Shown piece by piece: positions 1 to 8,289 of a stretch of DNA of 64,000 nucleotides. Position 1 is the stretch's first letter. Every line of letters begins with the position of its first letter. A model generated the notes under the pieces. The model was not told the DNA's origin. It worked only from the letters and a program-made list of their open reading frames with translations, and did not search any database. The stretch lies in the sequence record MN850631.1. The stretch is one strand, 5' to 3'. The stretch is from Escherichia phage mio. The translations under genes were made by a program, and so were the position numbers.

Positions 1-19
1 CACTTTGCAGAAAGTTAAA

Positions 20-349
20 ATGTACTTTAAACAGAAGAACCGTAAAGTGGTCACTATGGTATCTCTTGGTGGTCAGAGTATGTCTGTGATGGAAGATATC
101 AACCCTAAGAGACCGAGTAAAGGTGTTTGTATAAAAATCACAGGGCATGAAGAGTACATCTCAGTGGATGACTTTAGTGCATTCTGTAATGGTTCTGCTG
201 TCTTTAATGGTTTTCACTATGATATCCGAGTGTACCCAATCAAGGGAGATGACATCATGATGCAGGTATTCGATAATAACAATGGATTTACTCATTTTTA
301 TCAGACAACCAAGTCATCATTAAAAACAGTTCTGGAAACACTGATTTAA
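20..349 (+). CDS. hypothetical protein; start uncertain (track start at 5 is TTG; frame is open to window edge so gene may be 5'-truncated)
   Basis: ORF ending TAA 347-349; first ATG at 20; followed by hairpin terminator. Confidence 0.4.
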   Translation: MYFKQKNRKVVTMVSLGGQSMSVMEDINPKRPSKGVCIKITGHEEYISVDDFSAFCNGSAVFNGFHYDIRVYPIKGDDIMMQVFDNNNGFTHFYQTTKSSLKTVLETLI

Positions 350-360
350 AATATCTTAAG

Positions 361-394
361 AGCCTCCTTAATTGGGGGCTTTTTAATTTTTATA
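361..394 (+). terminator. putative intrinsic terminator
   Basis: AGCCTCC-7nt loop-GGGGGCT stem (one G-U pair) followed by TTTTTAATTTTTAT. Confidence 0.45.
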
Positions 395-399
395 AAATT

Positions 400-1650
400 T
401 ATCGGTTGTCCCAACCTCTGGGTCACCATCATATGTGAATAAAATATCTACCCTTCTTAACAACCTTCTTAATCTTACTCTCTATATAGTTATATAGTAC
501 TATATAGTATCTTAGTATCTATCTAGTGGTCTTAATAGCCCATCTGTATAACCCTTCTAAACACTCTTCTAACAAGCCTTCTTAACAGCCTATACAATCA
601 CCTTAACCATCCCTCTACACCTTCTTAGAAGCTCCTATACACCTCTTAATCTCTATGTCAGCTATGACACTCTCTATAGGTGTTCACTAGGTATTACTAA
701 GCCTCTATATAGACTGTTTTAACAAACTTAACAGGAATATCTTTACAGACCTTATCTCACAAGGTCTAACACGGTACTAACAAGGTATCTTATAAGCCTG
801 TTTCTACCTGTATTTTTAAAAGACTGTCTAGGTAATTATTCAGAATTTTAAAATTTTTATAAAATAGGACTATCAAGTCATTTTTTAGGGTCTTTGAAGG
901 AACTCAAAAATATCTGTAGAAGATGTATATCTGCTTGGTAGCCCTTAACAGCTCCCTTACAAGTACTTTGCAAAATTTTAAAATATCCTTAACAATCTCT
1001 TAACGGCTACTACATCCTCTTAACATCTCTTCAGAGGTCTTAACAGATTCTTAACAGAACTAACAAGGCTGTAACAAGTTCTTAACAGATGATACATGGT
1101 CTTTATAGTCTCTTAACAGATGACTAACAAGAGCTAACAAGTTAATTTTTAAGAGTTATTTTGTTAAGATAATTAACAAGTTTCTAACAAGTCTTTAATC
1201 TTTTTAACAAGCTATTAACATGGTCACTATCTCTGGTCTTATCGTTCCCTTTCCCTCTTAGTGATTCTTTAAATAGCCCTCTTAAAAGCTCTCTATAGCT
1301 CTTTGTAAGCTCTTTTAAGCCTCTTCCTAGTAATTACACCCCAACTATGTAGAAAGCTCTTTATAAGGCTTTACAGAGGCTTTAAAGGCTATGTCAAAGA
1401 CTCTTACAAGGCTTTTACGTGGTCTTAACAGAGATTTAACAAGGGACTAACAAGTTGCTAACAAGTGTCTTAAAAGCATAACTATGTAGGGATTGTTAAG
1501 AAATTGTTAAGAAAATGTTAAGGGGGCTAGCATTTACGTAACTTTTAAGCTACTTCAAAGTAACTTTATAGCCCCTTTAACATACTTTTAAGACACTAAC
1601 AAGCCCTTTTTAGTTATTCACAAGAATACTAACGAGATGATAAAGCTTAC
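400..1650. repeat. ORF-free array of short direct repeats (YTAACAR(G) more than 25 copies; TATAGT/CTATAG clusters; AT-rich AATTTTAAAAT stretches)
   Basis: Motifs CTTAACAG, CTAACAAG, TTAACAAG recur on the plus strand, densest 990-1220 and 1425-1475; no ORF of 60 aa or more in any frame between 349 and 2007. Confidence 0.6.
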
Positions 1651-1916
1651 ACCCTTATAAGATTCTTTTAAGGCTCTGGGAAGCTTTATAAAGGACTTTT
1701 TAGGGTGAGTTAATGCAATCCCTTAAGTTAGGTTGATAAGGCCGTTATAGGGCTTTATAGAGCGTTTAAATGGTTGCCCTTCCCTTTCGGGTTATGGGCT
1801 TATATTTAAGTTGATTTGATAAAAGGCTATAGAGTAAGCTATAGAGTTATTGCTTTTTAAGGTCTGATAAGATTCTGGAAAGGAAAGGGAAAGGATTGTA
1901 TAAGGATTGGATAGAC

Positions 1917-1997
1917 GTAAAAAAGCCCCTATGAGATAGATTCTATCGAATCAATATGAAGGGGCTATATAAAGGTATCTGGGGCTAAATAGCCCCG
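1917..1997 (-). terminator. putative terminator region at end of leftward early gene array
   Basis: Hairpin GGGGCTA-AAT-TAGCCCC (1981-1997) and AGCCCCT...AGGGGCT (1924-1966) followed by T-run on the minus strand, just downstream of stop at 2007. Confidence 0.4.
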
Positions 1998-2006
1998 CTG
2001 CGTCGA

Positions 2007-2255
2007 TTAGTTAGTGCCTTCTTTGTCGTAGTACAGGGAGACAATTTTTTCACCCCAATAGTGAAAAGTGTAACCATCTTTAAGAACTTCCTGTTTTGTT
2101 TCTTTCCAGAACTCATCAGAAGGATTATAGTCTTTTATGGTCTGACTGATAAGACCTTTCACCATTTCAAAGGCGTTGTCAGTGCCTACAAGGTCAAATT
2201 TAACATCCAGAGAGGAAAAACCGAACTCGTTAACAGTAGCGCGGATAGTTGCCAT
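2007..2255 (-). CDS. hypothetical early protein (82 aa); track ORF 2007..2513 trimmed
   Basis: ATG at 2253-2255 preceded by AGGAGA RBS in conserved element; longer track ORF reads through the intercistronic element. Confidence 0.55.
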   Translation of the reverse strand: MATIRATVNEFGFSSLDVKFDLVGTDNAFEMVKGLISQTIKDYNPSDEFWKETKQEVLKDGYTFHYWGEKIVSLYYDKEGTN

Positions 2256-2322
2256 TTTTGAATCTCCTAGTTTAAGGGTTTTATTTAGTGGGGAGGTTAT
2301 CGCCTCCCCGTTGATTAGTAAT
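2256..2322 (-). promoter_or_regulatory. conserved intercistronic element, hairpin type A
   Basis: Core CATTTTTGAATCTCCTAGTTTAAGG..TTAGTGG plus perfect stem GGGGAGG-TTATCG-CCTCCCC (2290-2309) then GTTGATTAGTAATTTAC. Confidence 0.5.
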
Positions 2323-2586
2323 TTACTGCATGTTGGCGTATGTTGCAAGCCTTTTTTCGTTGTATTTTGTAAGAATCTCACAAGATAAAACATCGTAATT
2401 TGTAACAGCGTTGCCTTTGTCGAGGTCAAAGAATCCAAATGTTTTACCATCTTTGAATCCGACAACTTCGTAAGACTCTTTGATGATTTCACCATTGAAC
2501 AAATCGCTTTCAATGCGGTGTAATAATGCTACGTTTTCTTTGTCGGTTGCAATTTGTAAAAGTGTGGTTAATTCTACGTTTTTCAT
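2323..2586 (-). CDS. hypothetical early protein (87 aa)
   Basis: ATG at 2584-2586, RBS GGAG; flanked by conserved elements. Confidence 0.55.
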   Translation of the reverse strand: MKNVELTTLLQIATDKENVALLHRIESDLFNGEIIKESYEVVGFKDGKTFGFFDLDKGNAVTNYDVLSCEILTKYNEKRLATYANMQ

Positions 2587-2652
2587 CTTGATAACTCCAG
2601 TTTAGGACTTTATTTAGTGGGGAAGGTCATTCCCTCCCCGTTGATTGACAAT
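2587..2652 (-). promoter_or_regulatory. conserved intercistronic element, hairpin type A (imperfect stem)
   Basis: Core ..CTCCAGTTTAGGACTTTATTTAGTGG plus GGGGAAGG-TCAT-TCCCTCCCC then GTTGATTGACAATTTAC. Confidence 0.45.
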
Positions 2653-3183
2653 TTACAGATTTTTGATTGTCTCGTCAATATCTTTTTCAATATCTTTTAA
2701 AGTTTTTTCTAAGTTCTTGATATTGAACGTTAAACCTTCACCTAGAGTCTTAGAGTAACCGCTAGGGCGTAAATCATGCAGCTTGATTTCTTCCACATTG
2801 GATAAGTTTACCATCTCACCATTTGCAGCATAGGCTATAGATACAGTGTTTTCAGGCGAGTTGTAAAATTTGTTCAAGGACTTGATAGAACGTTCATAAG
2901 CCATTTTATAACCGTTTAAAAGGCTTTTAACGTGATTGTGAACGTTTTTACACTCATCTAGATAAATCTCTAAGAATAACGGTAATAATTCCGCTACAGC
3001 TTGCATAAAGTGAGAAACTACAACAGTAGAAACATTACGACGATGGACGTAATAAGCCCCGTTTTCTGATTTGGTGATTGTTGCAAAATGTACACCATTA
3101 CAACGGAATTCATAGGTATCTTTAACAGGCTTAGACATAACACTATTTGAACGAATGAAGTTGATAGCTTTAAACTTGTTCAT
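2653..3183 (-). CDS. hypothetical early protein (176 aa)
   Basis: ATG 3181-3183 with AGGAGA RBS in conserved element. Confidence 0.6.
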   Translation of the reverse strand: MNKFKAINFIRSNSVMSKPVKDTYEFRCNGVHFATITKSENGAYYVHRRNVSTVVVSHFMQAVAELLPLFLEIYLDECKNVHNHVKSLLNGYKMAYERSIKSLNKFYNSPENTVSIAYAANGEMVNLSNVEEIKLHDLRPSGYSKTLGEGLTFNIKNLEKTLKDIEKDIDETIKNL

Positions 3184-3404
3184 TTTTGAATCTCCTAGTT
3201 TAAGGACTTTACTTAGTGGGGAGGTTATCCCTCCCGTTGATTAGTAATTTACTTGTTTTGATATCTGATTGCAAGCAATTTTTTAAGCTTACCTATAAAG
3301 AATCTTTTAAGTTAATCCCTTTTAAATAAACCCCCCTCGAACAAAGTTACCAATGTCAATAGGGATTGTCAACACTTTTTTAAAAGTTTTTTGTAAGTTG
3401 TTGA
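3184..3404 (-). promoter_or_regulatory. extended intercistronic region: type A element plus additional promoter-like hexamers
   Basis: Type A core and GGGGAGG-TTAT-CCCTCCC hairpin at 3184-3250; minus-strand TTGACA hexamers at 3354-3359 and 3368-3373; 221 bp gap versus ~65-95 bp elsewhere. Confidence 0.4.
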
Positions 3405-3746
3405 TTAACTGATGAATATTTTTTCAGGTTTTACGTAGCTGATACGCTGATTTTTTAGTAGGCTATCCCATAACAAGGCGGCAATGTGCCCATATCCGGC
3501 CTCACGCAGCCCCTTCATCGTTTCAACTCGACTCTCAAAACGATTTGCGTAATACTCGCTATTAAGTGTCGTTTTGTTCCCTTCGTTATCTGTATGGATG
3601 ATTTGCATCACTTGAAAGGGGCTGACATCCTCGCCTTTGTTCCACTGCTCAAAGTATTTTAGGCACTGCATAGGTGACATCTTATCACTGACTTGAGTTG
3701 ACCAAGATGAATTTTCTTTATTGGTAATTACGGTTACATAAGCCAT
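3405..3746 (-). CDS. hypothetical early protein (113 aa)
   Basis: ATG 3744-3746 with RBS in conserved element. Confidence 0.6.
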   Translation of the reverse strand: MAYVTVITNKENSSWSTQVSDKMSPMQCLKYFEQWNKGEDVSPFQVMQIIHTDNEGNKTTLNSEYYANRFESRVETMKGLREAGYGHIAALLWDSLLKNQRISYVKPEKIFIS

Positions 3747-3835
3747 TTTTGAATCTCCAGTTTAGGACTTTACTTAGTGGGGAAGGTCATTCCCTCCCCG
3801 TTGATTGACAATTTACAGACTTTTATCAGGCTTGT
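3747..3835 (-). promoter_or_regulatory. conserved intercistronic element, hairpin type A
   Basis: Core CATTTTTGAATCTCCAGTTTAGGACTTTACTTAGTGG plus GGGGAAGG..TCCCTCCCC then GTTGATTGACAATTTAC. Confidence 0.45.
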
Positions 3836-4069
3836 CTAGTCTTTTTCAATGATAATTTCATATTGACCATCAACACTGTCAAAATAGATTCCATCGTCAT
3901 CTTCTGTCTTAAAGTAACATTGTATGTCATCACTGGCGGGGTAGTCTTGTCTTGCTATCTGACAAACTTGAATAGCATTTTCTTTACTTCCTGTGAACTC
4001 CTCAAGCCCTTTAAAATCGCATGAATGACCATTACAGATGGAAAGGATGAGGTAAACGGTTGTAAGCAT
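3836..4069 (-). CDS. hypothetical early protein (77 aa), Cys-containing, acidic
   Basis: ATG 4067-4069; upstream spacer 4070-4132 lacks the conserved core (divergent element). Confidence 0.5.
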   Translation of the reverse strand: MLTTVYLILSICNGHSCDFKGLEEFTGSKENAIQVCQIARQDYPASDDIQCYFKTEDDDGIYFDSVDGQYEIIIEKD

Positions 4070-4132
4070 GATTTAAGCCCTCTAAATGGCCCTGTATGGG
4101 CCTTAAGTTGGAAATTAGTGTCTTTGTACTGA

Positions 4133-4696
4133 TTAACCTAAAAGGTCTTTTAAATTGCGTTCTGTGATGTTTGCCGTGATTTTATCCAGCAGGTCACAAA
4201 ACACGGAACTATCACCGCTATTCTGTACAATTTTCGCCATACTTAACAAATCATCGTCAACATAGCCTAAATTGCGGTTAGTTGCATCTGGTACAAAGAA
4301 AGGCGCATACATCGCACTAAATTTCGTTGAGTGGATACTAACAATCCAATTTTTATCAAAGTATCCGGTAAAGCTGGCAATTTCGCTCATGTTGTCACAA
4401 GAATAATCGTCCTCAAGTTCTTCCTCTGGGATATCCATTTCGATAACAATCACTTCCTGCGTTTCCATTTGGAAAGCTGCTGTGATAAGCCCCGACTCTA
4501 AGGCGCTTTGAATGCAGCGTTCACGGATATAAGAATCTTCCTCATCTTCCAGACATTCCGTTTTGATAACCTTGTTCATTGGGTAAACGTAGAAACAATC
4601 GTCCATGTAGGAACAGTTCCAGATACCTTCAGGTTTATCGCCACCATTCAGCAGGTTTACAAAGTTTTTGAGTGTAGTTCCGTGATAGCATTTCAT
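4133..4696 (-). CDS. hypothetical early protein (187 aa), acidic
   Basis: ATG 4694-4696 with AGGAGA RBS in conserved element. Confidence 0.6.
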   Translation of the reverse strand: MKCYHGTTLKNFVNLLNGGDKPEGIWNCSYMDDCFYVYPMNKVIKTECLEDEEDSYIRERCIQSALESGLITAAFQMETQEVIVIEMDIPEEELEDDYSCDNMSEIASFTGYFDKNWIVSIHSTKFSAMYAPFFVPDATNRNLGYVDDDLLSMAKIVQNSGDSSVFCDLLDKITANITERNLKDLLG

Positions 4697-4788
4697 TTTT
4701 GAATCTCCTAGTTTAAGGACTTGATTTAGTGGTAAAGCTCTTTATCTGGGGCTTACTTTATCGAACTATAAGCCCCTTGTAAAGTACT
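4697..4788 (-). promoter_or_regulatory. conserved intercistronic element, hairpin type B
   Basis: Core CATTTTTGAATCTCCTAGTTTAAGGACTTGATTTAGTGG plus AAAGCTCTTTATCT-GGGGCTTA-N13-TAAGCCCC-TTGTAAAGTACTTT. Confidence 0.5.
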
Positions 4789-4992
4789 TTATCGGTTATT
4801 TTTGATAACTTTTAAAACTGCGCGGTATCCTAAGCAATAAGAATCACCGAAGAGCGACCGACCCATGAATGAATCCTCTTTGATATCCTTTGCAGTGACA
4901 GTCTTTTCTACGCCGTGAAAAAGAACTATATCGCCAACTTTGATATCTTTGATATGAGTAGTTTCAATGTTTAAACCGTTGATAATAGCCAT
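4789..4992 (-). CDS. hypothetical early protein (67 aa)
   Basis: ATG 4990-4992 with RBS in conserved element. Confidence 0.5.
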   Translation of the reverse strand: MAIINGLNIETTHIKDIKVGDIVLFHGVEKTVTAKDIKEDSFMGRSLFGDSYCLGYRAVLKVIKNNR

Positions 4993-5092
4993 TCTTGAAT
5001 CTCCTAGTTTAAGGACTTTACTTAGTGGGGAGGTTATCCCTCCCGTTGATTAGTAATTTACTTGTTTTAAAAATCAATGTCAACAAAATTTT
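4993..5092 (-). promoter_or_regulatory. conserved intercistronic element, hairpin type A, with sigma70-like hexamers upstream on minus strand
   Basis: Core plus GGGGAGG-TTAT-CCCTCCC; minus strand reads TTGACA-17nt-TAAATT just upstream of hairpin. Confidence 0.5.
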
Positions 5093-5497
5093 TTAGAGTT
5101 CTGCATAAATTGCATCGCAGATACCACGAAAATCATGATTTGTCAAATTACGTTGTAACCAAGTGGCGAAAAAGTCAGCGATTGCAAAGTTAGCGTCATA
5201 CTCGACAGATAGCCACACTTTAACAGCAAACCGAAACATTTTCAAATCAAGCTCTTTATTCATTATCTTAGATTTGCCTAACATGTCGGTCATTTCATAT
5301 TGTGCACCGTCTAGCGTGATACCTGCTGCAACGTCAGCCAATGAGTTTTTTACGTTTTCAACGTCTAAGATAACGCTTTGAATCTTCCCAATAATGTTGT
5401 GCAATGTTTCGTCCGGTGCTGATGACGTAATAACATTAATCCGGTTAACGGTCAAACGTGCTTTTAAGATTGATAACTCGCGATTATTAATAGCCAT
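5093..5497 (-). CDS. hypothetical early protein (134 aa)
   Basis: ATG 5495-5497; RBS in variant core CATTTTTTAGTTCTCCAATTTAGG. Confidence 0.6.
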   Translation of the reverse strand: MAINNRELSILKARLTVNRINVITSSAPDETLHNIIGKIQSVILDVENVKNSLADVAAGITLDGAQYEMTDMLGKSKIMNKELDLKMFRFAVKVWLSVEYDANFAIADFFATWLQRNLTNHDFRGICDAIYAEL

Positions 5498-5583
5498 TTT
5501 TTAGTTCTCCAATTTAGGATTTAGTAGTAAAGCTCTTTATCTGGGGCTTACTTTATCGAACTATAAGCCCCTTGTAAAGTACT
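5498..5583 (-). promoter_or_regulatory. conserved intercistronic element, hairpin type B
   Basis: Variant core plus GGGGCTTA-CTTTATCGAACTA-TAAGCCCC then TTGTAAAGTACTTT. Confidence 0.5.
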
Positions 5584-5856
5584 TTATACTAAATGCAGCT
5601 TTTTGCCTTTTACCATGATGTAACTTGTTGCGCTATTGCTATGCACATCTTGATAAATTCTGCGCAAACGGCCTTCGTAGTATACTTTCCAACTGGTTGG
5701 AATCTTTTTCCCGTATCCTGTAGCAGTTTTTTGGAGTCCTGCAAGTTGCCAATCTAAGATATGTTGTTCGGCTTGTAAATCCTCGAAGTGCATTACACCG
5801 TTCACATAGTGGCGCAAAGTTACATTTAGAGTACGACCGTTGTTAGTAGTATACAT
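5584..5856 (-). CDS. hypothetical early protein (90 aa)
   Basis: ATG 5854-5856 with RBS in conserved element. Confidence 0.55.
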   Translation of the reverse strand: MYTTNNGRTLNVTLRHYVNGVMHFEDLQAEQHILDWQLAGLQKTATGYGKKIPTSWKVYYEGRLRRIYQDVHSNSATSYIMVKGKKLHLV

Positions 5857-5943
5857 TTTCTAATCTCCTAGTTTAAGGACTTTACTTAGTGGGGAGGTCA
5901 TCCCTCCCGTTGATTAGTAATTTACTTGTTTTAAAAACCAAAA
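5857..5943 (-). promoter_or_regulatory. conserved intercistronic element, hairpin type A
   Basis: Core CATTTTCTAATCTCCTAGTTTAAGGACTTTACTTAGTGG plus GGGGAGG-TCAT-CCCTCCC; minus strand TTGATT-17nt-TAAATT upstream. Confidence 0.5.
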
Positions 5944-6276
5944 TCAAGAGAAATTTTTTCGTTTGCTCAATTCTTGAACAATTACAGCGTAGTAGTCTTT
6001 TAAGTCACTGATATTTAAAGCATTTATCAGTGAATTATAATCATCGACTAACTGAAAATCATCTTTGAAGATATCACTTATCTGATAGGTTTTCGCTTTG
6101 AATCTGAAGCTCATTTCTAGCCGCTTTATTTGCTCATCACTTAAACGCTCCAGAAAGCTCATTACAAGGCTACTATTGACCTGTTGCGTGATTGCCTTAC
6201 TTGCCAGATTGTAGGCGCTGTAAGCCTTATAAAGTGCTATAATGGCGATGATTGCAGTGATGCCCATCATTAGCAT
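5944..6276 (-). CDS. hypothetical early protein (110 aa) with N-terminal hydrophobic helix
   Basis: ATG 6274-6276; N-terminus MLMMGITAIIAIIALYKAY; overlaps next ORF by 7 nt. Confidence 0.55.
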   Translation of the reverse strand: MLMMGITAIIAIIALYKAYSAYNLASKAITQQVNSSLVMSFLERLSDEQIKRLEMSFRFKAKTYQISDIFKDDFQLVDDYNSLINALNISDLKDYYAVIVQELSKRKNFS

Positions 6277-6566
6277 GGTGTTACCTCTCTGCGTGATACT
6301 TTACCATTTACAGTTATCTCATAAGCTTCTAATAAATCACTTTCAGATTTAACAGGGCTTTTAAAAGTATCATCATAAACATTAATTTGCAATACAGGCT
6401 TTTTATACTCCCTGCAACTATTCCATAAGCAAATTACTACGCGACGGCCTTTTATTTTGCCGTGTAACCATTCCATAACATCATGACTATTTCTTGATGT
6501 CTCGATAAAATCGATTTTATTGAGTAATTTGCTTAGATTTTCACGCACTTGATTTGATAATTTCAT
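6270..6566 (-). CDS. hypothetical early protein (98 aa)
   Basis: ATG 6564-6566 with RBS in conserved element. Confidence 0.55.
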   Translation of the reverse strand: MKLSNQVRENLSKLLNKIDFIETSRNSHDVMEWLHGKIKGRRVVICLWNSCREYKKPVLQINVYDDTFKSPVKSESDLLEAYEITVNGKVSRREVTPC

Positions 6567-6658
6567 TTTTGAATCTCCTAGTTTAAGGGCTTTATTTGAT
6601 AAATCTCTTTATCTGGGGCTATCCTACCAGCTTGTTAGCCCCGTGTAAAGAAATCTAT
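6567..6658 (-). promoter_or_regulatory. conserved intercistronic element, hairpin type B variant
   Basis: Core CATTTTTGAATCTCCTAGTTTAAGGGCTTTATTTG plus GGGGCTA-N14-TAGCCCC then GTGTAAAGAAATC. Confidence 0.45.
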
Positions 6659-7171
6659 TTAGTTCTTAAAGATATTCATCACTGAATCTTTCAACGATTC
6701 CAAACGTTCTAATACTTCAGATTCTGCGTCTGCGTTGTTCACCTCTTCTTTTAGTCTATCCTCTAAATCATCGCCGTCACGATAGCACCAATCGAAAGCG
6801 TATCCAAGATAAAAACTTTCTAAAACCGTGCTACCGTTTGCATCCACAACTTTCGCGGCAAGGCTATACTCTGAAGCCTCTAAATCTCTTTCTAGTTCTT
6901 TCTGTAAGCTTGTGTAAGCCTCTTTCGATGGATTCTCACGGCCTTGTTTTGCATAGTCACTTGAAAGCTGCTTAAGGCTGTAATGCAAAGGGATTGCATA
7001 TTTAAACTCATTACGCTGACAGTTGGTGTTTTTAATAGTTACACCGCCTTGATGGTCATCTGTAAACTCCCAATTATCCATATTATGGCTTGCTTCGTAG
7101 CAATTAACAGCCTCATAAATGATGGAAAATTTTTCTTTTACAACTTCAAAGGTAGCGTCTACAGTTTTCAT
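6659..7171 (-). CDS. hypothetical early protein (170 aa), acidic C-terminal half
   Basis: ATG 7169-7171 with RBS in conserved element. Confidence 0.6.
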   Translation of the reverse strand: MKTVDATFEVVKEKFSIIYEAVNCYEASHNMDNWEFTDDHQGGVTIKNTNCQRNEFKYAIPLHYSLKQLSSDYAKQGRENPSKEAYTSLQKELERDLEASEYSLAAKVVDANGSTVLESFYLGYAFDWCYRDGDDLEDRLKEEVNNADAESEVLERLESLKDSVMNIFKN

Positions 7172-7266
7172 TTTTGAATCTCCTAGTTTAAGGACTTGAT
7201 TTAGTGGTAAAGCTCTTTATCTGGGGCTTAAGATATCAACTTTTAAGCCCCTTGTAAAGTACTTTA
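7172..7266 (-). promoter_or_regulatory. conserved intercistronic element, hairpin type B
   Basis: Core plus GGGGCTTAA-N13-TTAAGCCCC then TTGTAAAGTACTTT. Confidence 0.5.
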
Positions 7267-7524
7267 TCAGATTAAATTGCCAGTTAATGATAAGTGCATT
7301 TTATAGCCTTTTTTGGTAAAAACGTTCACTTTACCGAGTGATTTTACACCTTTAAAAAGGTTGTTTGAACTGCGTTTTAAGGTTAGTTGCTTATCAGCTT
7401 TCACGCCCCACCTTACAGCAGTTTGTTTTCCGTTGTCAACCACTTTTCCGCATAACTTTTTAGCCATAACGCGAGCGTCATCACGAGTCTTTGCAGTAAT
7501 TACAACGTTTTTGATAATAGCCAT
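7267..7524 (-). CDS. hypothetical early protein (85 aa), lysine-rich; start moved from TTG (7539) to ATG (7524)
   Basis: ATG 7522-7524 with GGAGA RBS inside conserved core; track start codon is TTG. Confidence 0.5.
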   Translation of the reverse strand: MAIIKNVVITAKTRDDARVMAKKLCGKVVDNGKQTAVRWGVKADKQLTLKRSSNNLFKGVKSLGKVNVFTKKGYKMHLSLTGNLI

Positions 7525-7613
7525 TTTTAAGTTCTCCAATTTAGGATTTAGTGGTAAAGCTCTTTATCTGGGGCTTACTTTATCGAACTATAAGCCCCTT
7601 GTAAAGTACTTTA
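7525..7613 (-). promoter_or_regulatory. conserved intercistronic element, hairpin type B
   Basis: Variant core CATTTTTAAGTTCTCCAATTTAGG plus GGGGCTTA-CTTTATCGAACTA-TAAGCCCC. Confidence 0.5.
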
Positions 7614-7994
7614 TTAGTTAATTTTGAAAATTGTCACATAACCATCGCTCCCGATGATTTGTGATACCCCAGCTTTTTCTACTTGATAGCCCATATTTTC
7701 AAGATGGTAAACAGCATCATCGTAACCATATGCGCCACCCTGATAACGTCGCTTATCACATTTTATCAGGTTTTTACCGCGTCCAGCAAGTGCATTCAGT
7801 ACGGCTTTTTCACTTGATAGTGTACCATCTATCATGGTTGCCGTGTAATGGTTGATTTTATTCCCATTAATATCATACTTAAAATTGAATGCGTGAACAA
7901 TAATCAATTTACCGTTAAATTTTTCATCAAGTGACTTCTCCAGTGCGTTGCGGAAGTTGTCTTTATTGATGAATTTCGGTGCACGATAAGCCAT
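7614..7994 (-). CDS. hypothetical early protein (126 aa)
   Basis: ATG 7992-7994 with RBS in conserved element. Confidence 0.6.
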   Translation of the reverse strand: MAYRAPKFINKDNFRNALEKSLDEKFNGKLIIVHAFNFKYDINGNKINHYTATMIDGTLSSEKAVLNALAGRGKNLIKCDKRRYQGGAYGYDDAVYHLENMGYQVEKAGVSQIIGSDGYVTIFKIN

Positions 7995-8082
7995 TTTAGA
8001 ATCTCCTAGTTTAAGGTAAGTTAGTAAAGCTCTTTATCTGGGGCTTAAGATATCAGCTTTTAAGCCCCTTGTAAAGTACTTT
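7995..8082 (-). promoter_or_regulatory. conserved intercistronic element, hairpin type B
   Basis: Core CATTTTAGAATCTCCTAGTTTAAGG plus GGGGCTTAA-N13-TTAAGCCCC then TTGTAAAGTACTTT. Confidence 0.5.
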
Positions 8083-8289
8083 TTATATATCGTAATAGTA
8101 AACCGCTGTCTGTTTTATATGTCGCTTTGTATTCTTTGTTAGGTAGCAATTAGAGTTAATTGCCGTTTCTACATAGTTGCAATAATCAGCTTCTGATATT
8201 CTACGCCATGCGCCGCACACTTGCATATAAAAACGTTTTGCCTTTGTGTTAACGTTGGTTGTAACCATCAATTCGCGACTGTACATCAT
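8083..8289 (-). CDS. hypothetical early protein (68 aa); first gene of the leftward array
   Basis: ATG 8287-8289; upstream partial core CATTTTGGATTCTCCAGTTTAGGAAG. Confidence 0.5.
   Translation of the reverse strand: MMYSRELMVTTNVNTKAKRFYMQVCGAWRRISEADYCNYVETAINSNCYLTKNTKRHIKQTAVYYYDI

Noticed and set aside
350-2000. tRNA genes in the ORF-free region
   Set aside because: No cloverleaf-compatible segment with a GTTCRANYC T-loop and matching acceptor stem was found by eye; a tRNA scan would be needed to rule them out.
2007-2513. 168 aa track ORF spanning two early cassettes
   Set aside because: It reads through the conserved intercistronic element; the genuine gene starts at ATG 2253-2255 behind the AGGAGA RBS (2007..2255), and the upstream part overlaps gene 2323..2586 out of frame.
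4133-4696. ADP-ribosyltransferase (Alt/Mod-like) call for the 187 aa early protein
   Set aside because: No convincing R-S-E catalytic triad arrangement could be identified; left as hypothetical early protein.
2256-8082. Interpreting the cassette hairpins as simple Rho-independent terminators
   Set aside because: On the transcribed (minus) strand the stems are not followed by a U-tract, and each is immediately upstream of an RBS and start codon; a 5'-UTR or processing element fits better.
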